From the UHGV virus genome UHGV-1352853: a stretch of 64,000 bases of DNA; one strand, written 5' to 3'. Below, one piece after another: positions 9,090 through 18,784 of this stretch. Numbering within the stretch: the first letter of the stretch is position 1; each line of letters opens with the position of its first letter. Source of the DNA: a virus. Below the pieces are notes generated by a model. That model was not told the origin of the DNA, ran no database searches, and worked only from the letters and a program-made list of their open reading frames with translations. The translations under genes were made by a program, and so were the position numbers.

Positions 9090-11657
9090 TTAGTTACCTT
9101 TCAGTTTATTTAGACGATTACGGTAGAGGGACTTAAACCCAGGAATATCCTCTGGATTCTTCTTGAGATGTTTAACTAAACTACCTAAGTCTAGGGTCTG
9201 TAGGATGTCGTCATGGTTCCAGCCATAATTGAACAATTCTTTGTATTCATTAAGTACTCCGAAATACTTATGATTACGCGGATTAACCATCATTGTATAC
9301 GGCTCTAAGTCATCAACTGATTTAATGCAACCCATTTCAACAAGTTTTTCTTTGTTGTTATGCGGTCGATTTCTTAAGAAATCATACGCCCATTCATACT
9401 CTGGTTTAAAAATCAGATTCTGTAATGGTTTGAATGTTAGACCGAGAATATCAAGGATTTCCCAATACTCTCTGTCATCCAGTCCTACGTACTCAAGAAT
9501 GCCAATACGGTATTCAGTAACATACTTCTTGAATCCCTTACTGGTAATGACAGGCATCAATTCATTAAAGCGAACATCGTCAATGTGGATAGCACCACGT
9601 CGTTTGGCTTTGTTAGCTTCGATTTGATTACGACATACAACAGTCTCTGCTTTCATCTCATCGGATAGCTCATACCATTTCCACATGGTGCCAATACTGG
9701 CAGTTACTGGACTACCAGAACCAACTTGATTGGCTAACACGTAGTACTTAGGTTGTTCCACTTCAACGAAACCGTACTTCTCATGACGACTTGGGTCAGC
9801 AAATTCCTTCTGAATATATGGTTTAGATAGCCAATCTCCACTTTTATCTCGTACAGGAGTAGTACCAAGAACTGCATTCAATGAAATTAGAGCATTAGTT
9901 TTACCTACTGCTTTGGTTTTATTGGCAGCTATTGTCTTAGCACGTCTCTCGGCAGCTATCTTAGCTTGCTCTCTGCGGAAGTTAGTTGGTTTGTCCCACT
10001 CATTATATTGAGTAAGGTCAATTACCCGATAACCCATAGCAGTGAACTTAGCTACAGCTTCTTCTGCTGCACCCTTCTTAGGTCCAACAACGTGAACAAA
10101 AGCTGTACGCTCCAGGTCACCTCGGTTGTACTCAGGGAAATATGAGAAGGAATCTGCACAGTCAGATAAACGTCGTGTAACTACAACGTTCTTGGTGGTG
10201 AATATGCCAATACTCTGGTGGGAGTTATGGTAAATTCTAAAGTAGTCAGTAAGTTTACCTTTTACCAGGTCTACAGAGTTACCTTGGTTCATTATGTAAC
10301 CAGACCACTTAATACCAGTAGCTTTTAAAGTAGCAAGCTGAGGTAAGTGCAGATGGCGATATACTAATTCCTGGAATGGGGAATATGTATTTTCCTCCCG
10401 GGTATCCTTAAGAGCACGCATAGCCTTACCATAGAGTTTCTTAAGACCTGCATATTCAGGACGAGCTAATAATGCTTTATTGGATAAGTTCCGCCAGTGC
10501 TTGATGTAATGCTTACGTTGTTTGGCCCACAAACTAGAAGACATATAGCGTTGAACAATAGGGTCTGTAACAGCAAGCAAGAAAGATGGATAGGTCCAGA
10601 AGCGAACAGATGCTTGAGAGGCGTATTCCTCAACCTGTTTAATAGCTTCAGGAATCTTAGCCTTAATCTCTTTCTCCATACGGTCTACTAAATCTACACA
10701 TAGAGTAGTAATACCATCGTCAGTTAACTTCTGGTTAGACAGCGTTTCTCGACTAGGAGCAATAGCTAGAGTATCTGGTGCAGCTTGAACTACTAGATTG
10801 TCAGCACCAATAATGTTCATAAAGTTGAGGATAAGACCTACAGCCTCTTCACTAGCTGGACTGGATACTATTGGGTATATTACGTTACCGTAACGAACAA
10901 AGATGTTACTGTTACCCATGTAGCCCTGATACCAGCTATCAGACATATCATAAGAACCAGGCTCAAATGACATACCTAGTGTATCCAGCAGAATATAATC
11001 ACCTTGTTTAATACTATTACCATCGTCTGTTCTAACGAGTTTAGGAATGCTAAGTTCAGCTTTAATCTCACCATTAAACACAATAGACTTGATGTAATGT
11101 ACAAAGGTATTCACATCATGTTTGCCTAACTGGAATTTAACTTCCAAACCAGATTCCTCAGTAGGAATATTAGTAACAATAGGAACAATTCCGGGCTTAC
11201 CATCATTCTCAATCGCAGCCTTAGCTACGTTATATACAGACATCTTTCCTTGGTTCCATGAAGTAACCTGGAAGCTATCTGTATAAGCGAATGGGGATTT
11301 ACATCCCAGACCAAAACCACCAGTAACACTACTGTTGGACTTCTTAGTAGATGCACCATAGACACCATAGATGGAACCAATGAGTTCATCGGGGATGCCG
11401 TTGCCGAAGTCACGGAAGGTAATAAAGTTGTCTGTATCAATAGTGATACGAATAGGAGTATCAGTCTTACCTGCTTCAATATGAGCATCCCAACTATTAC
11501 AGATAGTCTCACGGACTACTGCTAGAGTGGGATTGTTATATAAAGATGTACTTAATACATGGAAGAATGCCGGGTCATCAGAGATGCCAAAGGCAATTGT
11601 TTCTTTGCCACCCAGTGTCGCTGAGGTAGCTACTTCATTAGTATCTGCAACTAACAT
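9090..11657 (-). CDS. rIIA: rIIA-like protein with N-terminal GHKL-type ATPase fold (855 aa)
   Basis: N-box ETICNSWDAH, G1 box FRDFGNGIP, G2 box GGFGLGCKS near the N-terminus. Size and position match the N4-like rIIA homologue. Confidence 0.6.
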   Translation of the reverse strand: MLVADTNEVATSATLGGKETIAFGISDDPAFFHVLSTSLYNNPTLAVVRETICNSWDAHIEAGKTDTPIRITIDTDNFITFRDFGNGIPDELIGSIYGVYGASTKKSNSSVTGGFGLGCKSPFAYTDSFQVTSWNQGKMSVYNVAKAAIENDGKPGIVPIVTNIPTEESGLEVKFQLGKHDVNTFVHYIKSIVFNGEIKAELSIPKLVRTDDGNSIKQGDYILLDTLGMSFEPGSYDMSDSWYQGYMGNSNIFVRYGNVIYPIVSSPASEEAVGLILNFMNIIGADNLVVQAAPDTLAIAPSRETLSNQKLTDDGITTLCVDLVDRMEKEIKAKIPEAIKQVEEYASQASVRFWTYPSFLLAVTDPIVQRYMSSSLWAKQRKHYIKHWRNLSNKALLARPEYAGLKKLYGKAMRALKDTREENTYSPFQELVYRHLHLPQLATLKATGIKWSGYIMNQGNSVDLVKGKLTDYFRIYHNSHQSIGIFTTKNVVVTRRLSDCADSFSYFPEYNRGDLERTAFVHVVGPKKGAAEEAVAKFTAMGYRVIDLTQYNEWDKPTNFRREQAKIAAERRAKTIAANKTKAVGKTNALISLNAVLGTTPVRDKSGDWLSKPYIQKEFADPSRHEKYGFVEVEQPKYYVLANQVGSGSPVTASIGTMWKWYELSDEMKAETVVCRNQIEANKAKRRGAIHIDDVRFNELMPVITSKGFKKYVTEYRIGILEYVGLDDREYWEILDILGLTFKPLQNLIFKPEYEWAYDFLRNRPHNNKEKLVEMGCIKSVDDLEPYTMMVNPRNHKYFGVLNEYKELFNYGWNHDDILQTLDLGSLVKHLKKNPEDIPGFKSLYRNRLNKLKGN

Positions 11658-11700
11658 TTATTTACTCTCCAGATTAAATGTTGCTTCTTGGTTATGACTA

Positions 11701-11895
11701 TTAAGAATTTAATGCTGATTTACATGCTTCAAATATTACTTTACGCAATTCACGTTCTTTTTCTGGTTCCTCATGAGGACTGTAACCAAAAGGACTGTTT
11801 TGCATAAAACTAGCCAGAATTAGTAAATCTTCTTCAGATAGACCATCAATAGTGATGGAGTATTGGTTTTTGCTTTTTACTGTAGCGTTAGCCAT
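11701..11895 (-). CDS. hypothetical small protein
   Basis: ORF; start chosen at MANATV..., which gives an 8 nt overlap with the upstream stop. Confidence 0.35.
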   Translation of the reverse strand: MANATVKSKNQYSITIDGLSEEDLLILASFMQNSPFGYSPHEEPEKERELRKVIFEACKSALNS

Positions 11896-12192
11896 TTCGT
11901 TTCTCCGCCATTGCTTGTAGTACAAATACTACAGCGTTTGAAATTTGGTCATCAGTTGGTTCAACTAATTGACCATTCTCATCATACATTTCTTTCAGAA
12001 GTGCATTCAGTTCAGACATGCCAGCAAGTACCATTTCCTTGCTTGGTTCCAGCCATAACTTACGTTCTTCTGCTAGTGCAGCAATGCACATACATAAAGA
12101 AGCGATGTTAGCTGGACAAGCAAGAATATCACCTGTAACTGCAATCTCGCTAAGTGGAATAGCCTTGCCGGTTTTACTATGAATAACTTCAG
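11888..12192 (-). CDS. hypothetical protein (101 aa)
   Basis: ORF; start at MINPEV... with an ATGA overlap with the upstream stop. Confidence 0.4.
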
Positions 12193-12407
12193 GATTGATC
12201 ATGGATTTGCTCCAGGTTATGGGCAGGAATAGGGAAGCATGGATAGTCACCAGTAGGGTCTAGTGTTACTGATACATGCAGTGTATTGGTCATTTGGGTT
12301 AACATAAGAGCAGCATTGAAATCATCCTGAATACAGGCATATACAATGTCACCCTTCTCACCCTCGCACATTACGGGTGTGTCTTTGATGCGGTATTTAG
12401 CAGGCAT
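12189..12407 (-). CDS. hypothetical small protein (72 aa)
   Basis: ORF directly downstream of the terminator-separated unit. Confidence 0.4.
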   Translation of the reverse strand: MPAKYRIKDTPVMCEGEKGDIVYACIQDDFNAALMLTQMTNTLHVSVTLDPTGDYPCFPIPAHNLEQIHDQS

Positions 12408-12430
12408 ATGCCCTCCTGAAAGAGTTAATT

Positions 12431-12462
12431 AAAACCAAAAAAAGACCTCCCGGAGGAGGTCT
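12431..12462 (-). terminator. rho-independent terminator (minus strand)
   Basis: Stem agacctcc/ggaggtct (8 bp), loop cgga. The minus-strand RNA is followed by UUUUUUUGGUUUU. Confidence 0.7.
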
Positions 12463-12467
12463 TATGT

Positions 12468-12707
12468 TTACTTACTATTTTCTTCAATGAAGCGTCTCAT
12501 ACGTTCCTTTGCTTCATCATGTTCACGAATTGCTTCGTAGTCGCGAGCAATATAATAAAGACACCACAAACCAATCTCACTTACGAAGAACAGAATACTG
12601 GCTCGAATGAACTGCATATCTGTTTCTAATACAAAGGCGACTTTGTATGCGAAGATTAATGTGAGTAAGCCACTAGTTAGCATTGCATATAGAGCTAGTT
12701 TTTTCAT
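12468..12707 (-). CDS. small membrane protein (79 aa)
   Basis: Two hydrophobic helices (LLTLIFAYKVAFVL; ILFFVSEIGLWCLYYI). Confidence 0.5.
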   Translation of the reverse strand: MKKLALYAMLTSGLLTLIFAYKVAFVLETDMQFIRASILFFVSEIGLWCLYYIARDYEAIREHDEAKERMRRFIEENSK

Positions 12708-13648
12708 TCAGTAATAGTCTCACCAGGAATTAACTTACGGAATTGGATAAAGTGAAGCAGGTTACCTGAGTACAGATTCCCTTCTTTATCCATGAATGTA
12801 ACACCTTGCTCCCATGTAGCTGGGTTCATGTTATTCACACACTTCTCTCCAAGATTCATAGGTGTAGCCTGATGTTCCGTTGGAGAAGCATGAATAGGTT
12901 GATTCTCAACTAACTTAGCAAACAATCCTAAGTCTTCTTCAATAGTAGATGGTCGTCCTTCAAAATTGTTATAGGAAGCACGAGCACAGCGTGCAGCACT
13001 TACCTTGAGAAGTAGTCCAAACATTTCTGCAATACTTGGTTCATCGCGTGTAACTCGATTACGTTTGCAGAAATTATAAGCCCCAACACGGTCACTATGA
13101 GTAATATATGGCAGATGCCAATGTCCATGCGATAGTGTTTTTGGTGAACTCTCTTCTTGTGCCTTACGCATTGCTTGAGCCAGTTCACGAATCTCTGGTT
13201 GAGCATCTTTGTGGTCGCGCAGTCCATAGAAATTAGCCCAGCTTGTTGAAGTTACCACTACACGAATATGTGTGAATGGTTCCAGAATACGGTTAACAAT
13301 CTGCTTATGTACTTGCCCACGTCGCAGCATTTCTGCATATGTAGCAGCACTTGACGCAGCCTGTTCCCAGATAAAGATTGCATCGCTTCGTTGGTCTTCA
13401 GACAATTCCTCAAATGCCTGCATCCCTTTCTGGTTCTTGCCCCAGTGACTTGGCATAACTGGTTCATTACGAACCTGTTCAATAAAACGGTCGGTAGGGA
13501 TTGCACGACTACTTGAAGCATTACGGTTGAAGATACGGTGAGTCATAAACTCGCTGTGAATGAATCGGGGATAGACCAATTCAAAGGTTGTGATACGAGT
13601 TCCTGTTTCTGGGTGAACGGAATCTGCAATAACAGTTGCCTTAATCAT
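12704..13648 (-). CDS. thyX: FAD-dependent thymidylate synthase ThyX
   Basis: ThyX signature MTHRIFNRNASSSRAIP (the RHR-x7-S motif). Length of 314 aa fits. Confidence 0.8.
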   Translation of the reverse strand: MIKATVIADSVHPETGTRITTFELVYPRFIHSEFMTHRIFNRNASSSRAIPTDRFIEQVRNEPVMPSHWGKNQKGMQAFEELSEDQRSDAIFIWEQAASSAATYAEMLRRGQVHKQIVNRILEPFTHIRVVVTSTSWANFYGLRDHKDAQPEIRELAQAMRKAQEESSPKTLSHGHWHLPYITHSDRVGAYNFCKRNRVTRDEPSIAEMFGLLLKVSAARCARASYNNFEGRPSTIEEDLGLFAKLVENQPIHASPTEHQATPMNLGEKCVNNMNPATWEQGVTFMDKEGNLYSGNLLHFIQFRKLIPGETITE

Positions 13649-14091
13649 TAGAATGACCTTAGATAGTTGGTAATACCACTGCGGTTTTCTGTAATCTTCT
13701 TAACCTGAACGTATACCAGCTTAAACTCACTACGTGGTAGTTCTTGCAATACTGCTATACCTTCAGTAAGGGCCACAGAACACGCTACAGCGGTTTCTTT
13801 TTTAAAGGAGTACAAGTCTTCATACATGAGGGCTTCATACTCTTTACGGAGCATACAGAGAGCATCTCTTGCCTTATTACTTACTTCTTGCGAACCAGCA
13901 GACATAGCTAAGCTGTATATGATAAAGACTTGTTCAAAAACAAAGTCCAGTAATCTATCAGGATTGTTAGTCCCCATGAATAATTTTGTTGTGTAGGAAC
14001 GAGCTTTACGGTTGAGTTCGTATTCATCCTCTATACCTTTATTATAAAGAACAGGATTTCGTTCCCTTTTCCGTAGGAATGGGATACGCAT
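13648..14091 (-). CDS. hypothetical protein (147 aa)
   Basis: ORF whose ends abut the flanking genes. Confidence 0.5.
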   Translation of the reverse strand: MRIPFLRKRERNPVLYNKGIEDEYELNRKARSYTTKLFMGTNNPDRLLDFVFEQVFIIYSLAMSAGSQEVSNKARDALCMLRKEYEALMYEDLYSFKKETAVACSVALTEGIAVLQELPRSEFKLVYVQVKKITENRSGITNYLRSF

Positions 14092-14579
14092 TAGTATTTA
14101 CTACCTCTTCTATACCAGGGGTAATGATGAGTAGTGCTCTTACCTTTAAACACATCCTTGGTATAAGGATTTTTTTGAATTTGAGCCAAGTAAAGATGTA
14201 TTTCGTCATAACACGGACTAAGCCAGAATTTATCTATAATTCTGTCTACCTTAGATTTCAGATGAGGTTCTGGTGGAGTGTATGAAGTAGCATAAAAAGG
14301 TCTGCTAGTAACCCATCCTTTCTGAACAAGAGCCTGCATTGTTGTGTAAAGATCTAATTCAATTTCATTCTCTACTTGATCATGGATAGTTTTACCTAAA
14401 GTAAGCATTGCAGTTTGTTCCAGCTTACTTAAGTCCAATCCTTGCAGGATAGACTTACCATTTCGTCTGCTTGACATAAGAGTACCTGTAATTAAAAAAG
14501 CCCACTGGTTAGGTGGGCTTTGGTTAGGAGATGGATAAGCAATGAGCTGGAAGTAACTTCCACAAGCACCACTATGCAA
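14091..14579 (-). CDS. hypothetical protein (162 aa)
   Basis: ORF, tightly packed. Confidence 0.5.
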   Translation of the reverse strand: MHSGACGSYFQLIAYPSPNQSPPNQWAFLITGTLMSSRRNGKSILQGLDLSKLEQTAMLTLGKTIHDQVENEIELDLYTTMQALVQKGWVTSRPFYATSYTPPEPHLKSKVDRIIDKFWLSPCYDEIHLYLAQIQKNPYTKDVFKGKSTTHHYPWYRRGSKY

Positions 14580-14594
14580 TGATGCTTAGGTTAG

Positions 14595-14873
14595 TTACTC
14601 TGCTTTACTGCCACCATTGGTTTGAACAACAGTTACGTTTGTAACCTGGTTCTGCCCTTTATTAGACAGTGACCAAATCAGTGCTACTACCCAGAAGACT
14701 AAAGACCAGCCTAATACGATATTGAGCACACCAATGCCCCACTTAGAGGCATGGCCTCGTGCAAAAGCAATGATAGTAGGGATAAGGTATACAGCTAATA
14801 TAAACAACATAACAAGGATTGCTGCTAAAGATTCCATGAAGGTTCCTATGTGGGGTTGAGTTAGTTTCTTCAC
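14595..14873 (-). CDS. superinfection-immunity (Imm)-like membrane protein
   Basis: YLIPTIIAFARGH...VLNIVLGWSLVFWVVALIWSL matches the Imm_superinfect-family motif (the PTIIA...LLGWT..GWI.ALIWA pattern). Two transmembrane helices. Confidence 0.6.
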   Translation of the reverse strand: MKKLTQPHIGTFMESLAAILVMLFILAVYLIPTIIAFARGHASKWGIGVLNIVLGWSLVFWVVALIWSLSNKGQNQVTNVTVVQTNGGSKAE

Positions 14874-14910
14874 AAATAGCCCAACAATGCTGGGCTATTT
14901 AGGCAGCTAC

Positions 14911-15120
14911 TTACTCAGCATCTTTGCTTGCAGGAGCAAGAGCTTTCTTCAAGTAATTACGTACTGAACGATAGGTTTCTTTGGTTTCCATAGCACCATC
15001 ATTTACGAATGTGATACGTGCACAATCAGATAGTGGAACAGATTCCACTGCAACTACGTTTGCAGCATTAATGGTTACACGTACATTTGAGGTTGCATTA
15101 GTTACTTGAAATACTGACAT
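14911..15120 (-). CDS. hypothetical small protein (69 aa)
   Basis: ORF. Confidence 0.4.
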   Translation of the reverse strand: MSVFQVTNATSNVRVTINAANVVAVESVPLSDCARITFVNDGAMETKETYRSVRNYLKKALAPASKDAE

Positions 15121-15129
15121 GTTGTTTCC

Positions 15130-15636
15130 TTATTTACTGCTTCTTGCAGCTACGGGTTTGTTTTCCTGGTTCATATACTTGCCATTGTAATTAGCAGGTT
15201 CTTGAACCAGATGAAATAATACTTGAGCTATCCCAGCACCAGCCGGGATATGCAGTTTCTTACGACCATGATAGACCAGTTCAAGGGTAAGATACCCTTT
15301 CCATCCTGGTTCTATTACGGTATTGAACACTGATAATGCACGCCTTGCCCAGGTAGACTTATCGTGAACGATAGCTACACAAGATGGGGACATGTTGAAC
15401 TTCTCAATTGCTGAGGCCAATGTGAACTTACCAAAATGTCGTGATACTTGCTTTCCATCAACGACCTTCACCATTGGAATCAACCCAAATAAGCGATAGA
15501 AGGTAATATCCTGTTTGATGCGAATATCATAACCAGCTTCACCTAATCCATAGCTTACACCATGCTCGGATACCTTACGGTCAGGAACATCCAGCAACTG
15601 AGATGAGCGATATAGAGAATTACCATTAACAACCAT
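15130..15636 (-). CDS. dcd: dCTP deaminase / dUTPase-superfamily enzyme
   Basis: IEPGWKGYLTLELVYHG...IPAGAGIAQVLFH resembles the dCTP-deaminase core (DPGFRG.ITLE... pattern). Confidence 0.75.
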   Translation of the reverse strand: MVVNGNSLYRSSQLLDVPDRKVSEHGVSYGLGEAGYDIRIKQDITFYRLFGLIPMVKVVDGKQVSRHFGKFTLASAIEKFNMSPSCVAIVHDKSTWARRALSVFNTVIEPGWKGYLTLELVYHGRKKLHIPAGAGIAQVLFHLVQEPANYNGKYMNQENKPVAARSSK

Positions 15637-16811
15637 TATTTCATTCCTTTAGGGATATGAACTACCTCCCCAAAAGGTACGGTAGCATTGGGATTATTCA
15701 GAACACACCAGATGATAGGAATATCAAATGGCAATTCCTCCATTGGACGAACATACATATCGGAGAATATGATTGCAGCGGTTGGCTTATTCTTAATAAT
15801 CCATTCGCGTACTGGTTCCAGATTTGTACCACCACGACCAGTAATCTTAATCTCTTCAAAAGTATCTTCTTCAGTGATGTCTATTTCTTCTTGGATAATA
15901 TCGTCGAAGGTAATTAGGGACATCTTCTTAGGATTGAATTGGCTCTTGACGTAGGCAACCTCTGAGTTAAAACGCAGAGAGTCTGCACTACTAATAGAAC
16001 CAGATACATCCTCAAAGTAGGCCAAGTGACGTAAACGTCCTTCATCATCTTCTAGAGAAGGTAGATAGATGTCAGTGTAACGACGGTTAGGTCTGGCCCA
16101 CGTATAATGAGTATCATCAATGTCGGTAAAGAAGTTCATAAGGACTTCTTGCCATGGAACTACTGGTTTAAGGAATTGGGTAATAACCTCTTCTATACGA
16201 CCAGCACCTTTACCTGGCATTGTTCCACCAGCCATCTTCTGGCTTTGCATTGCACGTACTACGTTGTTGACGACAGCACCCTGGGACTGCCCCGGAGTGG
16301 GGGATTTCATGTCGCCAGCAAGACCTGCTCCAGCACCCCCTGACGGCTTCTGCCTTTTCTGAGGATTCTTCATCAGGTCATCGTAGATGTCTTCTTCGAC
16401 CCATCCTTTATATTGTGGGTCTTTGCAAATACCTTTGTCGATACCAGTGAACTTGTAACCATCTTCTTCTAACTGAAGGTTAATGAAATGGTCACATGCC
16501 TGGTTCCAGACTTCCAGGTCACGGCTTCCACGACGGATGTCATGCAAATATGCTACATGCCAGAGTTCGTGCATTAACACTGTTTCTCTTGCATCTGGAC
16601 ACATCCATATAAAGAAATCTGGATTGAAATGAAGTTCTATCCCATCAGTACATGCAGTGGGACAATCCTCACGTTTCCATGAGAATTTAAGACTACACAG
16701 TAATGAACCAAAGAACGCTGCACTGCGTCCTAGGAAAGCCTTAGCTTGAATACGATCATATTCGCGCATTAGTTGTTCATCACTAAGGGAGTGCTGAGGA
16801 AATTGGTTCAT
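15636..16811 (-). CDS. vWA-domain protein with N-terminal HExxH metallopeptidase-like domain (DUF2201-type). Predicted partner of the adjacent MoxR-like ATPase.
   Basis: HELWHVAYLH (HExxH) in the N-terminal half and a MIDAS-like DVSGSIS in the C-terminal half. Start placed at MNQFPQ (16811), which gives an 8 nt overlap with the ATPase stop. The ORF track's longer start would overlap by 77 nt. Confidence 0.6.
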   Translation of the reverse strand: MNQFPQHSLSDEQLMREYDRIQAKAFLGRSAAFFGSLLCSLKFSWKREDCPTACTDGIELHFNPDFFIWMCPDARETVLMHELWHVAYLHDIRRGSRDLEVWNQACDHFINLQLEEDGYKFTGIDKGICKDPQYKGWVEEDIYDDLMKNPQKRQKPSGGAGAGLAGDMKSPTPGQSQGAVVNNVVRAMQSQKMAGGTMPGKGAGRIEEVITQFLKPVVPWQEVLMNFFTDIDDTHYTWARPNRRYTDIYLPSLEDDEGRLRHLAYFEDVSGSISSADSLRFNSEVAYVKSQFNPKKMSLITFDDIIQEEIDITEEDTFEEIKITGRGGTNLEPVREWIIKNKPTAAIIFSDMYVRPMEELPFDIPIIWCVLNNPNATVPFGEVVHIPKGMK

Positions 16812-16815
16812 TGTT

Positions 16816-17554
16816 TTATCCGTGAATGTAACGAGAGATGTTAGCAGCAGCCTTACGCCATTCAGGGGTAGCCTGAAGATCTGGTAATGCATTGCCTACT
16901 GTACGGAAGTACAGAATCTTATGGGTGAACGTTTTAAATCGTTCAATGTACTGAAGAACATCAGTGAAGTTTTCTTCAGTAGTTTTGTTAGCCAGATGGT
17001 TAACGGTAGCCCAACACAGGTTGTTATCTTCAGGTAGTGCACAGCCCAAAGGGTCTTTTACTACCTTCTCAATCGTAATCATACGATTGTATACCTGAGT
17101 AAACTGAACAAATTCTGTAGCCTTACCAGCAGTAACGTGGCCTGCATAGTAGATAGAATCTTCATCAGGCAGAGCACCTTCAGGACGGTTCTTGAGGTCT
17201 TTGTTAACAAAGTCCCAAGTACGAGGGCAGCAGAACGTTTTGTTCTTATGGGCTGGGTCAAAGTCATGCAGATAACCAGGGTTAGCATGTAGGAATGCAA
17301 CCAGACGTTCATCCCATTCTTGCGGAATCATTACATCTTCAACAAAGATGTCGAAGTTAAGTTCCATTTCGAAGTGGACAACACGAGACTGCATTGCAGT
17401 ACCCAGTGGGTTAACAATTGCACGGTCAGTAGCTTTGTTACCTGCACAGATAATCATCACATTAGGATGAAGTTTTTTCTGACCAGTCATACGGTCTAGA
17501 ATCAGTTTGTATGCAGCAGCTACTACTTCTTTTCTGGCTGAGTTGAACTCATCG
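16816..17554 (-). CDS. MoxR-like AAA+ ATPase, exon 2 (C-terminal 245 aa)
   Basis: The frame is open upstream of the first Met back to a stop at 17561-17559. It reads DEFNSARKEVVAAAYKLILDRMTGQ... Walker B is completed only after joining to exon 1. Confidence 0.75.
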
Positions 17555-18436
17555 CATTATCTTCACATTAGTTCGCAACTACTAATGCCGTCAGTACACT
17601 CAGTGAATACTGACTGCTGCATGTCACCATGCAGAGGAGACTATATCAAAGCCCTATTACTAGGGCTGTTACCGTTTCGAGTGCCATTAGCTTGCACCCT
17701 ACTCTACTCACTTCCACATTTCTGTGTGTTTTCGATAGTCGTTTGGCATTTAAATGAAATTGGTACTGTACCCAATCTGTGTAAGATTGTTGTTAGTTAC
17801 GTAGGAGTCATAGGCTTTGGCAGCCTCTTCCTCTGTTTTGTAACGTCCCAAACCAATAGATTTCTTGTTAACCCTTATATGGGCACACCATCTTTGTCTT
17901 TGCTCACTCCAGGATACACCTACGTATTTGGAGGAGCCTCCACGATTTTTGTTACTAGCGTTGGCATGTCTGTTCGACAACAATCCAGTATCCCAAGCAT
18001 GTTTAATATTTTGGGACTGGGTACACCATTCCAGGTTACTCTCGTGATTATTAAGAGGGTTTCCATCTATATGATTAATAACAGGATAGTTATTAGGGTT
18101 TGGTACAAAGGCTATCCCTACTAAACGGTGAACTTGGTATTTGTACACTTTACTATTCATGTACAGGTTCACGCAGTAGTACCCTTTGTTATTAAGATAC
18201 GGTTTTATATGTGTCCTATTTTTGTATTTATACTTTCCTTCTTTTCGGCGTACTACACCAAAGTTGGAAACTTCATACGGTAAGTCAGGCACATCTTTCC
18301 AAACTTCATTATTTAGCACAGGATTGTCTCCAATTGATTAAAACTCAAGTATACACCTGAGCCAACCATATTAGAAGAGGTTCCCTGTTTAGGTAACTTT
18401 CGACATGAGATTGCTCTCATGAAGCCCCGTTAGTTA
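17555..18436 (-). mobile_element. Intervening sequence (probable group I intron, ~882 nt) in the AAA ATPase gene, carrying an HNH homing endonuclease ORF
   Basis: Exon 1 ends ...GWLLFL (last exon base U). The intron ends with G (plus-strand position 17555). Excision joins ct|c to give LLFL-DEFNSA with an intact Walker B and a 350-aa, 1053-nt ORF. There are ~312 nt of non-ORF sequence for a ribozyme core. Confidence 0.6.
17750..18319 (-). CDS. HNH homing endonuclease (NUMOD4-like N-terminus + HNH_3 + AP2 DNA-binding domain), intron-encoded
   Basis: EVWKDVPDLPYEVSNFG (NUMOD4-like). H...NHIDGNPLNNHESNLEW (HNH). KYVGVSWSEQRQRWCAHIRVNKKSIGLGRYKTEEEAAKAYD (AP2). Confidence 0.85.
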   Translation of the reverse strand: MLNNEVWKDVPDLPYEVSNFGVVRRKEGKYKYKNRTHIKPYLNNKGYYCVNLYMNSKVYKYQVHRLVGIAFVPNPNNYPVINHIDGNPLNNHESNLEWCTQSQNIKHAWDTGLLSNRHANASNKNRGGSSKYVGVSWSEQRQRWCAHIRVNKKSIGLGRYKTEEEAAKAYDSYVTNNNLTQIGYSTNFI

Positions 18437-18750
18437 AGGAATAGGAGCCATCCATTATATCCTTCCGGTATTTCATCCCCCTCAATAGGGAATAAGTCAG
18501 CGAATGGGATAAACTCTGCACGGTCACCATTACGGAATGGTAAACCAGATAAGTCTTCCGGGGCAGAAGTAGACAGACGATGGTCTATCAGCTTCATACC
18601 AAATTCTTTTGCAACAGAACGAATAATTGCAGATTTACCCATCCCCGGTGATGAAGTCAGGAACGGTACGTTACCTGCTTGCAAGGCACGGATAATAAAG
18701 TTACGGGCCTGACGTGTATTACATACGGTCAGTGAGTCAATGCTCGCCAT
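18437..18750 (-). CDS. MoxR-like AAA+ ATPase, exon 1 (N-terminal 104 aa, Walker A)
   Basis: Walker A SSPGMGKSAI. The ORF terminates at TAA just inside the intron (18430-18432). Confidence 0.75.
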
Positions 18751-18784
18751 TTACTTACTCTCCTAAAGTTAATGTAATTATTAA

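Noticed and set aside
17507-18124. 205-aa plus-strand ORF
   Set aside because: Lies antisense to the intron and its HNH gene. Low-complexity hydrophobic composition typical of antisense frames. No SD.
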